NCBI RefSeq assembly: GCF_001194135.2
Contig: NC_068996.1
Coordinates: 36,624,146-36,674,550, forward strand
Length of the DNA: 50,405 bases
Origin: Octopus bimaculoides
Taxonomy: Eukaryota
Reading direction: 5' to 3'
Both the position numbers and the translations under genes were made by a program. Positions 36,127-48,881 of this stretch are shown in pieces. The notes under the pieces were generated by a model. It did not search any database and had not been told where the DNA came from. It was given only the letters and a program-made list of their open reading frames with translations. Every line of letters starts with the position of its first letter. Position 1 is the stretch's first letter.

Positions 36127-36403
36127 TTCTTTCAACACACGTATCCACATCAAGAATCTTGCACACGAAATATATATACATACATTTACCACATGAGATC
36201 TAATTGCTCATCTCAGCCATATGCTTATTGCCAGAATAGTATCGGAGTAAATATAAATTGAAGATATAATAATTAAATCATTTTAATGACTATATCCTCA
36301 ATTTTTTACACAGCCATTGTTATGATCAGCCATTATTATGATTGACCGTTGACTGGACACTATTCAATTTTTTTTCTCCGTGTTTTTCTCCTTGTCTCCG
36401 TAT

Positions 36404-36440
36404 TCTTTCTGTTGAAGAGCGTAGCTCGAAACGTCAAAGA
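36404..36440 (+). ncRNA. Minimal type-I hammerhead-like motif of a second family
   Basis: UCUUU-CUGUUGA-A-GAGC(GUA)GCUC-GAAAC-GUC-AAAGA: 5-bp stem I, 4-bp stem II, palindromic ACGU stem III, GUC triplet. Core has U at conserved A6. Confidence 0.5.
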
Positions 36441-36652
36441 CTTTCCATACTCCCGAGCGTCATACTAATACATCCTTTTGTTATTTACACCACCTGTCCT
36501 CGTCTGTTGTTGTTTTTTCATATATTCTCCTACATATATATATATATATAGCTCGGAAAAGTGACTGATATAAGTATCAGGTTTTAAAAAAAGTACTGGG
36601 GTCAATTTGTTTGACTAAAATTCTTCAAAGCAGTGCCCCAGCATGGCCATGG

Positions 36653-36960
36653 AATGACCAGGGGATTGCACCAAGAAAATTATCCTCCAAGGCACAAGTC
36701 TGGGCAAGGTTAATTATGGAAGACCAGCAGTCACCTATGCATACCGGCCTCCCCTCTCCATTCCACTGATGTTATCCAAGGGAAAGGTAAAGGCTGATAC
36801 AGCTTGGCACCAGTGACACCACAACTCATTTCTACAGCTGAGTGAATTGGAGCAACATGAAATAAAGTGTCTTGCTCAAGAACACAGCCCAGTCCAGGAA
36901 TCAAACTCACTACCTGGTGATTGTAAACCTGAAGCTCTAACCACTGAGCCATGCACCTTC
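36653..36960 (-). mobile_element. SINE family D
   Basis: tRNA-like head at 36890-36960 on the minus strand. Collinear with 10762-11003. Confidence 0.75.
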
Positions 36961-37127
36961 TGCATCATCATATATATTATTTAACTGGAAAGTTACATCA
37001 ACAGTCCAAGAACTGCAAGTTTCATGTAATGTTGACATTCTTCCAGCAGGACTATACAAGAAAAATCAATGAGTAATGACAACAAAATTGTATCTTAGGG
37101 TGAAAAGTTACTTTAAAAGTGGAAATA

Positions 37128-37503
37128 TGTGTGGCTGTATGGTAAGAAGCTTACTTTCCAACCACATGGTTCTGGGTTCAGTCCCACTGCGTGATATCTT
37201 GGGCAAGTGTCTTCTGCTTTAGCTCCGGGCTGATCAAAGCCTTGTGAGTGGTAGACGGAAACTGAAAGAAGCCTGTCTTATATATATACATATATATATG
37301 TTTGTGTGTGTGTGTTGTCCCCACCACCGTCACTTGACAACTGATGCTGGTGTGTTTACATCCCTGAAACTTAGCGGATTGGCAAAAGAGACTGATAGAA
37401 TAAGTACTAGGCTTATAATGAGTAAGTCCTGGGGTTGCTGTCTTCGACTAAAGGTGGTGCTCCAGCATGGCCACAGTCAAATGACTGAAACAAGTAAAAG
37501 AAT
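37128..37503 (+). mobile_element. SINE family B, full length
   Basis: gtggctgtatggtaagaagc (A-box-like), gggttcagtccc (B-box-like), internal (AT)/(GT) tract, tail cagtcaaatgactgaaacaagtaaaag. Confidence 0.85.
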
Positions 37504-38269
37504 ATAATTATAAATGGAAGGATAGTCACAATTAATATGGGAACAAGGCAGTAAATCTCAGCACTTGTCTAACTCTGTATTCCAAGTTCAGAATCCCGTT
37601 ATGGTCAACGTTGTCTCTCATTGTTTTGGAGTTAACAGAAAAGGAAACAATCAATGATTGAGAAATGGTAGAACTACTTGAGTTTCAGAAGAGATGCCTT
37701 GCAGTATTTGTTTTGGATTTGTTTGTTTTGACAGTAATGTCTGCAGCGACGCTGTCGGACTTTCATTGAAATAACATTGATGTGTTGAGAGGGAAAGCTT
37801 GACTGTATGAGCAACTGCCCATCTTCCTAAAGAAAATCCTGCCTGGGCCTGTACACACATTGTAAGCAATGTCTGACAGGCCCCAAAATGACAATAATTG
37901 ACTCAATAAACCTCAAGAGGTTTTACACATAGGTCTTATTTTTTTCTTTTTCAGTCATGAAAGGAAGAGGGGAATAACCTTGACCTTTCTACATCATACT
38001 CTCAGATTGTTGTTTAGATTCAATTACTGAAGGTTGGTGTGTTTGGGGGGAAAATATTGGCAGACAGGGTATTCTACAAAACTGCAGTTCTGAGGGATCA
38101 GATGCTCAGTGCCTAAGGCTTATGAAATAGTGATTTTAGGATAATAAATGTTATAACAAGTGACAATATACAATGTGCTAAATGTTTCTTAGATGTGGTC
38201 TGAGATATTTGTATAAATAACAATGGCACTAACATATATGTGATTGCAATATTACTATGTGGGGAAGAT

Positions 38270-38704
38270 GGTGAGCTGGCAGAAACGTTAGCACGCTGGG
38301 CGAAATGCTTAACGGTATTTCGTCTGTCTTTACATTCTGAGTTCAAATTCCACCAAAGTTGACTTTGCCTTTCATCCATTCGGGTTCAATAAATTAAGTA
38401 CCAGTTGCATACTGGGTCGATCTAATTGACTGGCCCCTTCCCCCAAAATTTCGGGCCTTGTGCCTAGAGTAGAAAAAATTACTGTGTGGGTTTAAGGTGG
38501 TGAGCTTGGCAGAATAATTAGCATGCCGGGCAAAATACTTACCAGCATTTTGTCTGTCATTACATTCATAGTTCAAATTCCACCAAGGTTGACTTTGCCT
38601 TTCATCACTTTCGAGGGCAATAAAATAAGTACCAGTTAAATATTGGGGTCGATGTAGTCTGCTTACCCCACTCCCCGAACATGCTGCCAAAATTTGAAAC
38701 CATT
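38270..38704 (+). mobile_element. Two tandem SINE family A copies (a third lies at 39047-39258)
   Basis: Well-preserved copies that keep many CpGs. Confidence 0.85.
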
Positions 38705-39036
38705 AATGCCTCTGCCTTTGCTAAGGCAGAGGTATTGTTTGCAGTCATATTTGTTTGTTTGTCCGTGGACAAGATATCTCAGGAACTGCTGGATGGATTC
38801 AGATGAAACTTTCAGGGATGTTTGGCCTTGTGACTGGCATGAAGTGATTAGATTTTGCAATCAATCCAGTACCAGACAAGGATTCTGGATTATTTTTCCT
38901 TATTTTTTACTTAATTCTTGAGAGCAGTTGAGTTTATTTCAAACATTCTCATTTAAAAAATCATTTCTGGCAAATTGTTGAGAAGACATTGGTGTTGCTT
39001 TGGCAGAGGTTTGGGCTCTCTGAGTGCTCTTGCTAT
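38704..39036 (+). mobile_element. Non-autonomous Helentron (HINE/DINE-1-like) element
   Basis: 5' gcctctgcc (38708-38716) with nearby complement ggcagaggt (38725-38733), then a gttt/gtcc microsatellite, a second ggcagaggt at 39002-39010 and a short 3' stem-loop ggctc-tct-gagtgc. This is the subTIR architecture of DINE-1/HINE. Confidence 0.65.
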
Positions 39037-39561
39037 TATCATAAAATGGTGAGTTGGCAGAATTGTTAGCGTGCCAGGCAAAATGCTTACCAGCATTTTG
39101 TCTGTCAACAAATTCCAAGTTCAAATCCTGCTGAAGTCGACTTTGCCTTTCATCACTTTTGGGGTCGATAAAATAAGTACCAGCTGAGCATTGGAGTCAA
39201 TATAATCGATTTGCCTCCTTCCCTGTAGATGCTGGCCTTGCGCCAAAATTTGAAACCAATATCTACAATGTGGATTGCACTTGAGTATCATAAATTTGTA
39301 ACAGCAACACTGCCTCATCATACATGAGTAGGATTACAACACAAGTTATATTTATAAAGACTCAGCAGTAGTACAGCCAGTAATATAAATCTGAGAGCAA
39401 TTCTGACATCAATTCAGATTTTATTTCAGTTTGTAAATGGTCAGAACTTAAGTATTTTCTGTGATGGAAGTTGAAACTCAATCTCCGGAATACAGTTTTT
39501 ACAATGGTGTGTGTGTGTGCGTGTGCGTGTGTGTGTGTGAAGGTTACCATCTCCTCTCTTC

Positions 39562-39913
39562 TTTCCACCTACCCTACAATGTCATTCTAAAAATATACAA
39601 ACACACCATTGAAATCTCAAAGATATGTAATAATGTATGATTAATTCAAAACAATGTGGGTAAATAACCATTATGTTTGATAGAGTAATCTGAATGCTAA
39701 AGGGTTAAACTAGCTAAATCCAGCTCAAATATTCTACCCTTTTTATGTTAAAACTGACTAGATGTAGCTTCTCACACTTTCCCTGCAATGCCATTCTAAA
39801 ACTAAACAATCACATCATTGAAATCTCAAAGCTAGGAGATAATGCATGATTGACTCAAAGCAATGTGAATAAATAAGCATTACATTTGACAGAGTGATCT
39901 GAATGCTAAAGGG
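39562..39913. mobile_element. Two tandem piggyBac-type MITE copies
   Basis: Both end gagt(a/g)atctgaatgctaaagggTTAA (39704 and 39913). Collinear with 9283-9478. Confidence 0.7.
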
Positions 39914-40844
39914 TTAAATAAATATATTTGGAAGAAGATAGAACAAAACAATGATTAGTGCAGATTAATGCCCAAAAGAAGGGCATAAATGTTAGGCTTC
40001 GTGTTAAAAGTCCATTTCAGCTTAGACAGAAACCACTGTACTAGATATTTTATGTTAATCTGACCACTGTAAATTAAATGACATGATGCAAGCTGATTAT
40101 TGGTTGACCTTTCAATAGAATCAATAATGTTCAGATGTTCGGATCATAAATCCATCTTAAAACACTGACTTACATACTTTAAGTATGAAATTTGTATATA
40201 AATTGCATGATAATCTATACTGAGTTTGTGGCATGCGTGTATAGAGACACTAATGTCAACAAATAGTTTCTCTTGTTGTCTGTGAAAAATTGAAGAATTA
40301 ATTACTGACAAAACCTTACTTGTTGATGGTTTTTTTTAAAGATGTTAAATAGATAACCAATTATGCTAATCCTGAAAAAAATCACAATGATATATTCAGT
40401 AAATGTTTTCAGAACTGTCTTGAACGAACTCCTTAATTTTCTACTTGTTTTAGTCATTTGTCTGTGGCCATGCTGGGGCAGCACCTTCAAGAATTTTTAT
40501 TTGAATGAATCAACTCCAGTACTTATTTTTTTTTTTAAAGCTTGGTACTTGTTCTACCAGCCTTTTTTGCCAAACCGTTGGGTTACAGGGTCATAAATAC
40601 ATCAGCACTGGTTGACAACTAGAGGGAGACACACGAACACACTAAAAGCACTCACCACACTCCTAGAGTGGTTGGCAGTAAGAAGGGCATCCAGCTATAG
40701 AAACCTTGCCAAATCAGATTGTAACCTGGTGCAGCTCCCTGGCTTACCAGTTCTCAGTCAAACCTTCCAACCCATACCAGCATGGAAAGTGGACATTAAA
40801 CAACGATGATGATGAGGATGACATACATACCCACATATACATAC

Positions 40845-40893
<49 letters not shown>

Positions 40894-41791
40894 TTTTTCA
40901 AAGTAAACTTTGTAATCGTTACCAATATAGCATAANNNNNNNNNNNNNNNNNNNNNNNNNNNNNNNNNNNNNNNNNNNNNNNNNNNNNNNNNNNNNNNNN
41001 NNNNNNNNNNNNNNNNNNNNNNNNNNNNNNNNNNNNNNNNNNNNNNNNNNNNNNNNNNNNNNNNNNNNNNNNNNNNNNNNNNNNNNNNNNNNNNNNNNNN
41101 NNNNNNNNNNNNNNNNNNNNNNNNNNNNNNNNNNNNNNNNNNNNNNNNNNNNNNNNNNNNNNNNNNNNNNNNNNNNNNNNNNNNNNNNNNNNNNNNNNNN
41201 NNNNNNNNNNNNNNNNNNNNNNNNNNNNNNNNNNNNNNNNNNNNNNNNNNNNNNNNNNNNNNNNNNNNNNNNNNNNNNNNNNNNNNNNNNNNNNNNNNNN
41301 NNNNNNNNNNNNNNNNNNNNNNNNNNNNNNNNNNNNNNNNNNNNNNNNNNNNNNNNNNNNNNNNNNNNNNNNNNNNNNNNNNNNNNNNNNNNNNNNNNNN
41401 NNNNNNNNNNNNNNNNNNNNNNNNNNNNNNNNNNNNNNNNNNNNNNNNNNNNNNNNNNNNNNNNNNNNNNNNNNNNNNNNNNNNNNNNNNNNNNNNNNNN
41501 NNNNNNNNNNNNNNNNNNNNNNNNNNNNNNNNNNNNNNNNNNNNNNNNNNNNNNNNNNNNNNNNNNNNNNNNNNNNNNNNNNNNNNNNNNNNNNNNNNNN
41601 NNNNNNNNNNNNNNNNNNNNNNNNNNNNNNNNNNNNNNNNNNNNNNNNNNNNNNNNNNNNNNNNNNNNNNNNNNNNNNNNNNNNNNNNNNNNNNNNNNNN
41701 NNNNNNNNNNNNNNNNNNNNNNNNNNNNNNNNNNNNNNNNNNNNNNNNNNNNNNNNNNNNNNNNNNNNNNNNNNNNNNNNNNNNNNNNNNN

Positions 41792-42238
41792 CTAGTGATA
41801 AGCTCTGCCACACTCAGCCTCTCCTCACTTTCACATACAGAACTTTTCCTATAGTGTACTAACGATCTGGTATAATTGCTCACGTGTTATTGACTCTCTT
41901 TCTATCTGCTGTAAACACTCATACACACATGTATCATTCACATACACACTTTTCTTTGTATGACGGCCTGTCTTTGATTATGTTCTTATATGTCGCATTC
42001 ACACTCTCACACAGACATACATCTTTAACGCTACAATAAATATCTCTGTTATTCATCTAATACAGTTGTGGTCTTTCATTACTGGTCATCTATGTTATCG
42101 TCGCATAACATATCACGTATATCATCCATTGATATATAATATTGTATGTTCGACCGTGTGACGCGTTTAAATAAAAGGAGTTCTGTTCTTCCATTCGTCA
42201 CCATTTCTCCTTTTGAGTTCGCACGGTCGTCTCTTACA
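41792..42238 (+). mobile_element. Possible LTR 3' part
   Basis: CpG-rich relative to its flanks. TATA-like 42133-42140, AATAAA 42170-42175, ends ...TTACA. The 5' end is hidden in a gap and no TSD is confirmed. Confidence 0.35.
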
Positions 42239-43168
42239 TATATATACAATGAGCTTCTTTCAGTTTTTGACTACCAAATCCACTCACAAGGCTTTGGTTG
42301 GCCTGAGGCTATAGTAGAAGACATTTGCCCAAGGTGCCATGCAGTGGGACTGAACCCAGAACCATGTGGTTGGGAAGCATGTTTCTTACCACGTAGTTAC
42401 ACCTGTGTCTACAAAACAACTTTTGATAAGCAAACTGTACCAAACACACAATTCTTCAGTAGTGAAAAAAAAAATCAAAATTAAGGGACATTTTACTGGT
42501 TTACACATCATTAGACTAACACACATACACCAATAACATATGTGTTTTCTATATAAATGTGTTGATGTATTCATAAATGTCTGGACGCATTAATATTGAT
42601 GAAAACAAAGTACCAAGTCCAAGCAACATCATGTACTTCAAATACCTGATATAGATTCTCTTCATATTACTTTGTTTCTAACATTAAAAAGAAGAAACTT
42701 GTACGTTAATTGGTGATTTCATCAATTCTCGTTAGCAGTTTGATTACTCTGTCAAATTTAATGTTTATTTATTTACCTTGCTTTGAATTAGCCATGCATT
42801 ATCTCATAGGCTCGACTTTTCGATGGTATGATTGCTTAGTTTTTGAATGACATTGTAGGGTAGGTGTAAGAGGCCAGACCTGGCCAATTTGAACAGGTAG
42901 AATTTTTAGGGGAAATATGGTTGGCTTAAATGCTGAAGGGTTAATAGAACATTGTTCTACCATTATTACAATTTCTACCATGAGAAAATGTACAAAATAT
43001 CTCTCCCACTTACCACCAGATGTCATTTTACCAGATAAGAATACATGATCATGGGGATGGTCACAGATTGGATTTGAAACTCAATTTCTGAACTAATAAT
43101 ATTATTAAAGTGAGCTTGAATACTGCACATGTAAAACTCATCAGTATTATTATTATTATTATTATTGG

Positions 43169-43850
43169 AAGGCGGTGAGCTGGCAGAATTGTTAGCAAGT
43201 TTGGCAAAATACTTAGTGGCATTTCATCTGTCTGTACATTCTGAGTTCAAATTCTGCCATGGTCGATTTTGCCTTTCATGCTTTTGGTGTCAATAAAGTA
43301 TTAGTGAAGCACTGGGGTCAATGTAATCAACTCGTCTCCTCCCCCAAAAGCTGGCAGAATCGTTAGCATGCCAGACAAAATGCTTAGCAGCATTTTTTCT
43401 GGCTTTGTATTCTGAGTTCTGCCTTTCATTTAGGGTCAATAAAATAAAAAAAAAGTCATGTACAATGATATCAACTAACCCCTTCCCTCAAAACTGCTAG
43501 CCTTGTACCAAAATTTGAAGCTATTTCATCTGTCTCTATGTTCTGACTTCAATTTCCACAGAGATCAACTTACATTGCATCCTTTTGGGGTCAATGAAGT
43601 ATGTATCAGTTGATTACTGCGGTTGATTTCATCAACTATATCCAACCCCTAAAAAATTTCGAGCCTTGTGTCCGCTGCTGAAAAGATTCTTTGGGGNNNN
43701 NNNNNNNNNNNNNNNNNNNNNNNNNNNNNNNNNNNCGGGGGTCAATAAAATAAGTACCAATTGAGCACCAGGGGGAAGGGGGTGGGCTTGATGCAATTGG
43801 TCTATGCCATACCCAAAATTGTTGGCCTTGAGTCAAAATTTGAAATTATT
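43169..43850 (+). mobile_element. Head-to-tail array of SINE family A copies
   Basis: Units or fragments start near 43169, 43350, 43525 and 43736. An opposite-strand copy follows at 43985-44190. Confidence 0.75.
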
Positions 43851-45466
43851 GTTATTCATTTAGCTACTGATCTTAGCTCAGAGATAAAAGGCTTCTAGTA
43901 CAATTCCTGTTTGGGATCATACATACATTCAACAATAAGTCATTTGATGACATTGAACAAACTAAGTGAAATATACTTTTATACTCCAGGCACAAAGCTT
44001 GAAACTTTTGGGGAGGGGAGCCAGTCAATAAGATCAACCCCAGTATGCAACTGGTACTTAATTTATCGACCCCCAAAAAGATGAAAGGCAAAGTTTACCT
44101 TGGCGGAATTTGAACTCAGAATGTAATGGCAGACGAAATACCGTTAAGTATTTCGCCCGGTGTGCTAAAGTTTCTACCAGCTCGCCACCTAGGTGAAAAA
44201 TAGTCATCATCATTTAACATTCGTTTTCCATGTTGGCATGAGTTAGACAGTTTGACAGGAGCTGACCAGCTGAAGGGCTGTTCAGGCTCCATGTCTGTTT
44301 TGGCAAGGTTTCTACAGCTGGGTTGCCATTCCTAATGCCAACCACTTTACACAGTGCACTGGGTGCTTTTATACAACACCAGTATGGGTGCTTTTTATGT
44401 GGCACCAGTATCTACAAGTTCACAAGATTAGGGATGCCCAGCTGGAGAGGGTTGCAAGGGATGAGCCTGTGTGCAAGGGCAACCATGCTTTTACTTAGCT
44501 TGACATGTCTTTTCAAGCACAGCAAACAGCCAGGAGTCTCAGTCTCCTGTCATCCCCTTTTGTGAGTCTCAATGTCTGTAGATCCTTTCTCACTACCTCC
44601 TCTGTGTTGTGCTGTAGCATGAAAAAAAAAAAGTACACAGTACATACTGTAAAGTGGTTGGCATTAGAAAGGGCATCCAGCCATAGAAACAATGCCAAAG
44701 CAGGCATTTGAGCATGATGCAGTCCTCTAACTCATCAGATTCTGTCAAACTGTTCAGCCCACCTCAGTATGGAATATAATGACAATGCCTTTAAGGAGTT
44801 GTAGACTTCATTATAATAATAAAAGTGAAATTTTTTCATTTCATCTGGGGCGCCTGTATTTCAGCCTACATTTACTCTACATAGACATATTATACCTGTT
44901 TGGAATCAGGATGATCCCAATATTGAAAATCTGCCCTTCATTTGGTTCTTGAACATCCAGCATTGGGATTTGATTTAAAAGCATTTGGTTGGCTATTTCT
45001 AGCAGGTAAAGCTTAGCTGATTCACATCACCTTGGTTGGCGTTTGTCTGATGATGTCAGAGATCAAGGGAGAGATAAATGACATCTGCTTTGTTAATTTT
45101 ACATCAAGATCAGAACATTGGAACAAATTGGCCAACAGTTTGAATTCAACTTGGGACTGGAACAATAGAATGATTGCATTACAGAATTAATTCTCATCCA
45201 TCCTTAACCTCTGATCAAACACCACCAGGGCATATAGTCATTATAAATGTATTATAGTTATGCTATTTAGCATTCTTTAGTTTTGGGTCACAGGCCCAAT
45301 TAACCCTCCACAGAAGCTAGCCTAAAAGTTCACATGGGGTGCAGCTTTTAAGTTAGTTATAAATATACTTTCAAGAGATAAAGTTAAAACATGTAATTTT
45401 ACAAATAACTCCTCCTCTTAGACATTAGAAATATCTCGGGACATAGTTTTCTTTTCTTTATATCTC

Positions 45467-45470
<4 letters not shown>

Positions 45471-45525
<55 letters not shown>

Positions 45526-45535
45526 NNNNNNNNNN

Positions 45536-45570
<35 letters not shown>
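45471..45570. repeat. (AG)n microsatellite
   Basis: Direct reading; contains a 10-N gap. Confidence 0.95.
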
Positions 45571-45574
<4 letters not shown>

Positions 45575-46138
45575 AGTCTGAAATTTTAAAGCTACACTAA
45601 ATATTCTATTTGGTTAGAAGTTTTTTCTTTTTTCAAAGATCTAAACATGTACCTCTTGTAGTGAAGAAGAAATTTCAATAAAATTGCAACAAATTCAGTT
45701 GTTAGAAAAGATTAAAGGTTATTTTTATTTCAAACAGTTTCCATATTTACCTCAAAGTCTTGTATCCAGTTCAGAGAGAATGCAATTAATAGCTATAAAA
45801 ACATCACTTAAATTATTACATATTGATACATTATTCAGCAATATTTCACACTGTTGAAACTCTCCAAGTCTCCAGACACTTTATCCAATCTTTTATAATA
45901 TATGTTACATAGCTTTTTTTTTTTTCTTTTATTAATTTATTTATTTTCTAATGTCCGCAAGGCATTACAATCCAAGCCATTCCTAAGTATATAGAAATGA
46001 TTTATCAAATATGAATACATGTATATATATATACTAAGACACGCACACACTCACACACACATGCATGCACAGACACATAGCCATGCATGCCTACACACAC
46101 CCACATATGCAGACTGTTTTGATATTAATGGACTATAT

Positions 46139-46170
<32 letters not shown>

Positions 46171-46347
46171 GTATACATGATGAATTAATCCAACTTCCAT
46201 AATGGTGGTTGTGTGTACATCCTATGCTCAGAGTAGCAGAATTACTTTAATAAAAAAAAAAACAACTATAATTAATATAGTCATATTTTAAAATTTAAGT
46301 AAAGCCAAAGCCTACATGTACATATGTGAGTGTGTGTGAGTATGTGT

Positions 46348-46390
<43 letters not shown>

Positions 46391-46394
<4 letters not shown>

Positions 46395-46657
46395 GGCGGA
46401 CTGGCCAGGTTGCCAACTTACCCAATGGCAAGTGGGCCCCTGTGCCATTAGAATCTACACATGGGGGCCCATCCCCTCAAATTTGAGAATTTTTTATTAA
46501 CTCCTGGAAGAATGCATTAATCATTTCAGACAGGCTGTGTTTGTAGACAGTTGAAAAGAATACTTTTAACAAAAAAAAAAAAATGATAGCATTGTAGTTG
46601 CGGGTGGGCCCCCTTAGTCTCCTGGCAACCAATATTTATAGACCCAGTCTGCCACTG
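46391..46657. mobile_element. hAT-like MITE inserted in (TA)n
   Basis: TIRs CAGAGGCGGACTGG / CCAGTCTGCCACTG (12/14). Flanks tatatata / tatatgta. GC-rich subterminal gtgggcccc motifs at both ends. Confidence 0.7.
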
Positions 46658-47200
46658 TATATGTATATAGCAAAATGACCAAAAGATGTGTAGGGAGTGG
46701 GGAAATGTTGGAAAAAGCCTTCACTAGCAGACTAGCACATATATATATATTATATATATATATATATATATCATCTAAGCTGTTGAAGAGTTTTAACTAC
46801 TTTGCTACATTATTCTCAAATACAACTCAGTATCAACCAACTTTTCATTATTCTTTCATAACTCTCCCTTCATTCAAATATGTTTTAATGAAACTCCCAT
46901 TATTTGATTTTTTTTTTTTCCTTCCTAATTATTAATCTAAAGTAGTAAAATAACTGTTGACCTGAATCGAAATTCATCTTTTTTGATTTAATATTTCATT
47001 TCCAAATGAAATTACAAATGCTGGCTTTGAAAACAAGGACAAAGAAACAGTTACAAAAGGAAGTTCAGAGGTCACTAGAAGTAGTTACCTGAGACCAATT
47101 CTTTCAAAACTTCATGTTCGCAAACTTTGCAATTTCATTAGCTAAACAGAAATTATCAAAAATTATAAGGTAATAATAATATTGATAATAATAATAATAA

Positions 47201-47415
47201 TGATTTCAAATTTTGCCACAAGGGCAGCAATTTTTTGGGTGAGGGGACAAATCGATTATATCGCCTCCAGTATTCAACTGGTGTTTATTTTATCGACCCT
47301 GAAAGGATGAAAGGTAAAGTTGACCTCGGCGGAATTCTAACACAGAATATAGCGTTAATTGAAGTACTTCTAAGCATTTCATCCAGCGCGCTAATGATTC
47401 TGCCAGCTCACCACC
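47201..47415 (-). mobile_element. SINE family A
   Basis: Reverse complement of family A, CpG-retaining, flanked by (AAT)n. Confidence 0.85.
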
Positions 47416-48839
47416 ATAATAATGATAATAATAATGCTTGATGATTGAATGAACATATCAAGCTTTACATATTAGGACAAATACTTTTATTTTTTTTTAA
47501 ATTTAAAAAGCATTTTAAAATTAAAGTTAATGAGAAGAAAGTAAAGGGTACATGAATGTGTATGTATGTTTAGCATGTGAGTGTGTTATTGCCTATGTAT
47601 GTTTGTATGATCATTGGTAGAACAACCAGTTTATGAAACTGCTAATATCATTTGCCTGTTTAAGTTAATATGTGTATGTATGTATATATATATATATATA
47701 TATATATGCTTTTAAGAATGTGTATATGTGAAGAATTGTTATGCTGAAAGATGAAATCGCAAATCATTGAAATAACTTACCATTTCAAATGTAATTAAAT
47801 TAAATAAAAAACAGAAAAAGAAAAAAATGAAAATAAAAATCCTCACAACTTTCTCAGAAAGTATTTGCATTCTGCAATAGTTTAATGACCATTCTTTAGA
47901 ATATTTCTTTTAACAACTAAAATATTAAGAATGGTTTCAATTAAAAATTTACAACAGGTTTATATATAATTTATTGGCTTATATTCTTCATTAAACAAGA
48001 ACTCTCTTAATTTGACCATTCCATTTCAGAAATTAAAACAAATCAGTGGAATGATGCTATAAACCTAGGTCAAAGACAAATAATAATAATAATAATAATA
48101 ATAACAATAATGGTTTCTAATGTAGGTGGAATGGTATATAATAGTGAGAGATATAATCAATTAGACTGATTCTTCAATACATGACTGGTACAATGCCATA
48201 TATTTGAGGAAGATATATCAATACCCAAGTACATGACTGGGTACTTTAGGGAGAAATACAGTAGATTAGATCATTCCCTTGGCACTTTGCCTTTCATTAA
48301 CCATGAATGGATGAAAAACAAAGTCAACTTCGGCTGGATTTGAACTCTTAACGTTTAGAAGTGCAACTAGGTACTTCAACATATTTTGTACAACTGACAA
48401 TCATTTGACCTCTGCACTGTGTGCGCAAGCGCATATACATACACACATGTATGTATGTATATATATATATATAAGTATATAAATCGAGAGAATACTAGGT
48501 GACTGAAGGAAAAAAAAAGCCACAAAAATATCAAAGGTAGGAGCAGTTTCTGATGAAAGAATCTCAAGGAGTATTTTATTTCTAATTAGTTAGCTTTAAT
48601 TTAGTACTATTCGCTACACAAACTATTCTGGTATTGATTTTGGCAAATATAACACGTGATTTTGACATATTTAATAGAAAAACGATGTTACTAATTATCG
48701 TATGCTATTTTGATACTTTTATGTACAGGAAGATATTAATCACAGGGTGGATTTAAATTCAGACATTAGGAAGTACCTTTAAGCCGCTTCAATATACGTC
48801 TGAATTTATATAATTATGAAATAAGATTGATGTCGCAAG

Positions 48840-48881
<42 letters not shown>

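Noticed and set aside
1812-47415. Possible CpG-decay contrast between genic and intergenic SINE copies
   Set aside because: Both decayed and CpG-retaining copies occur inside and outside the gene; age confounds the comparison.
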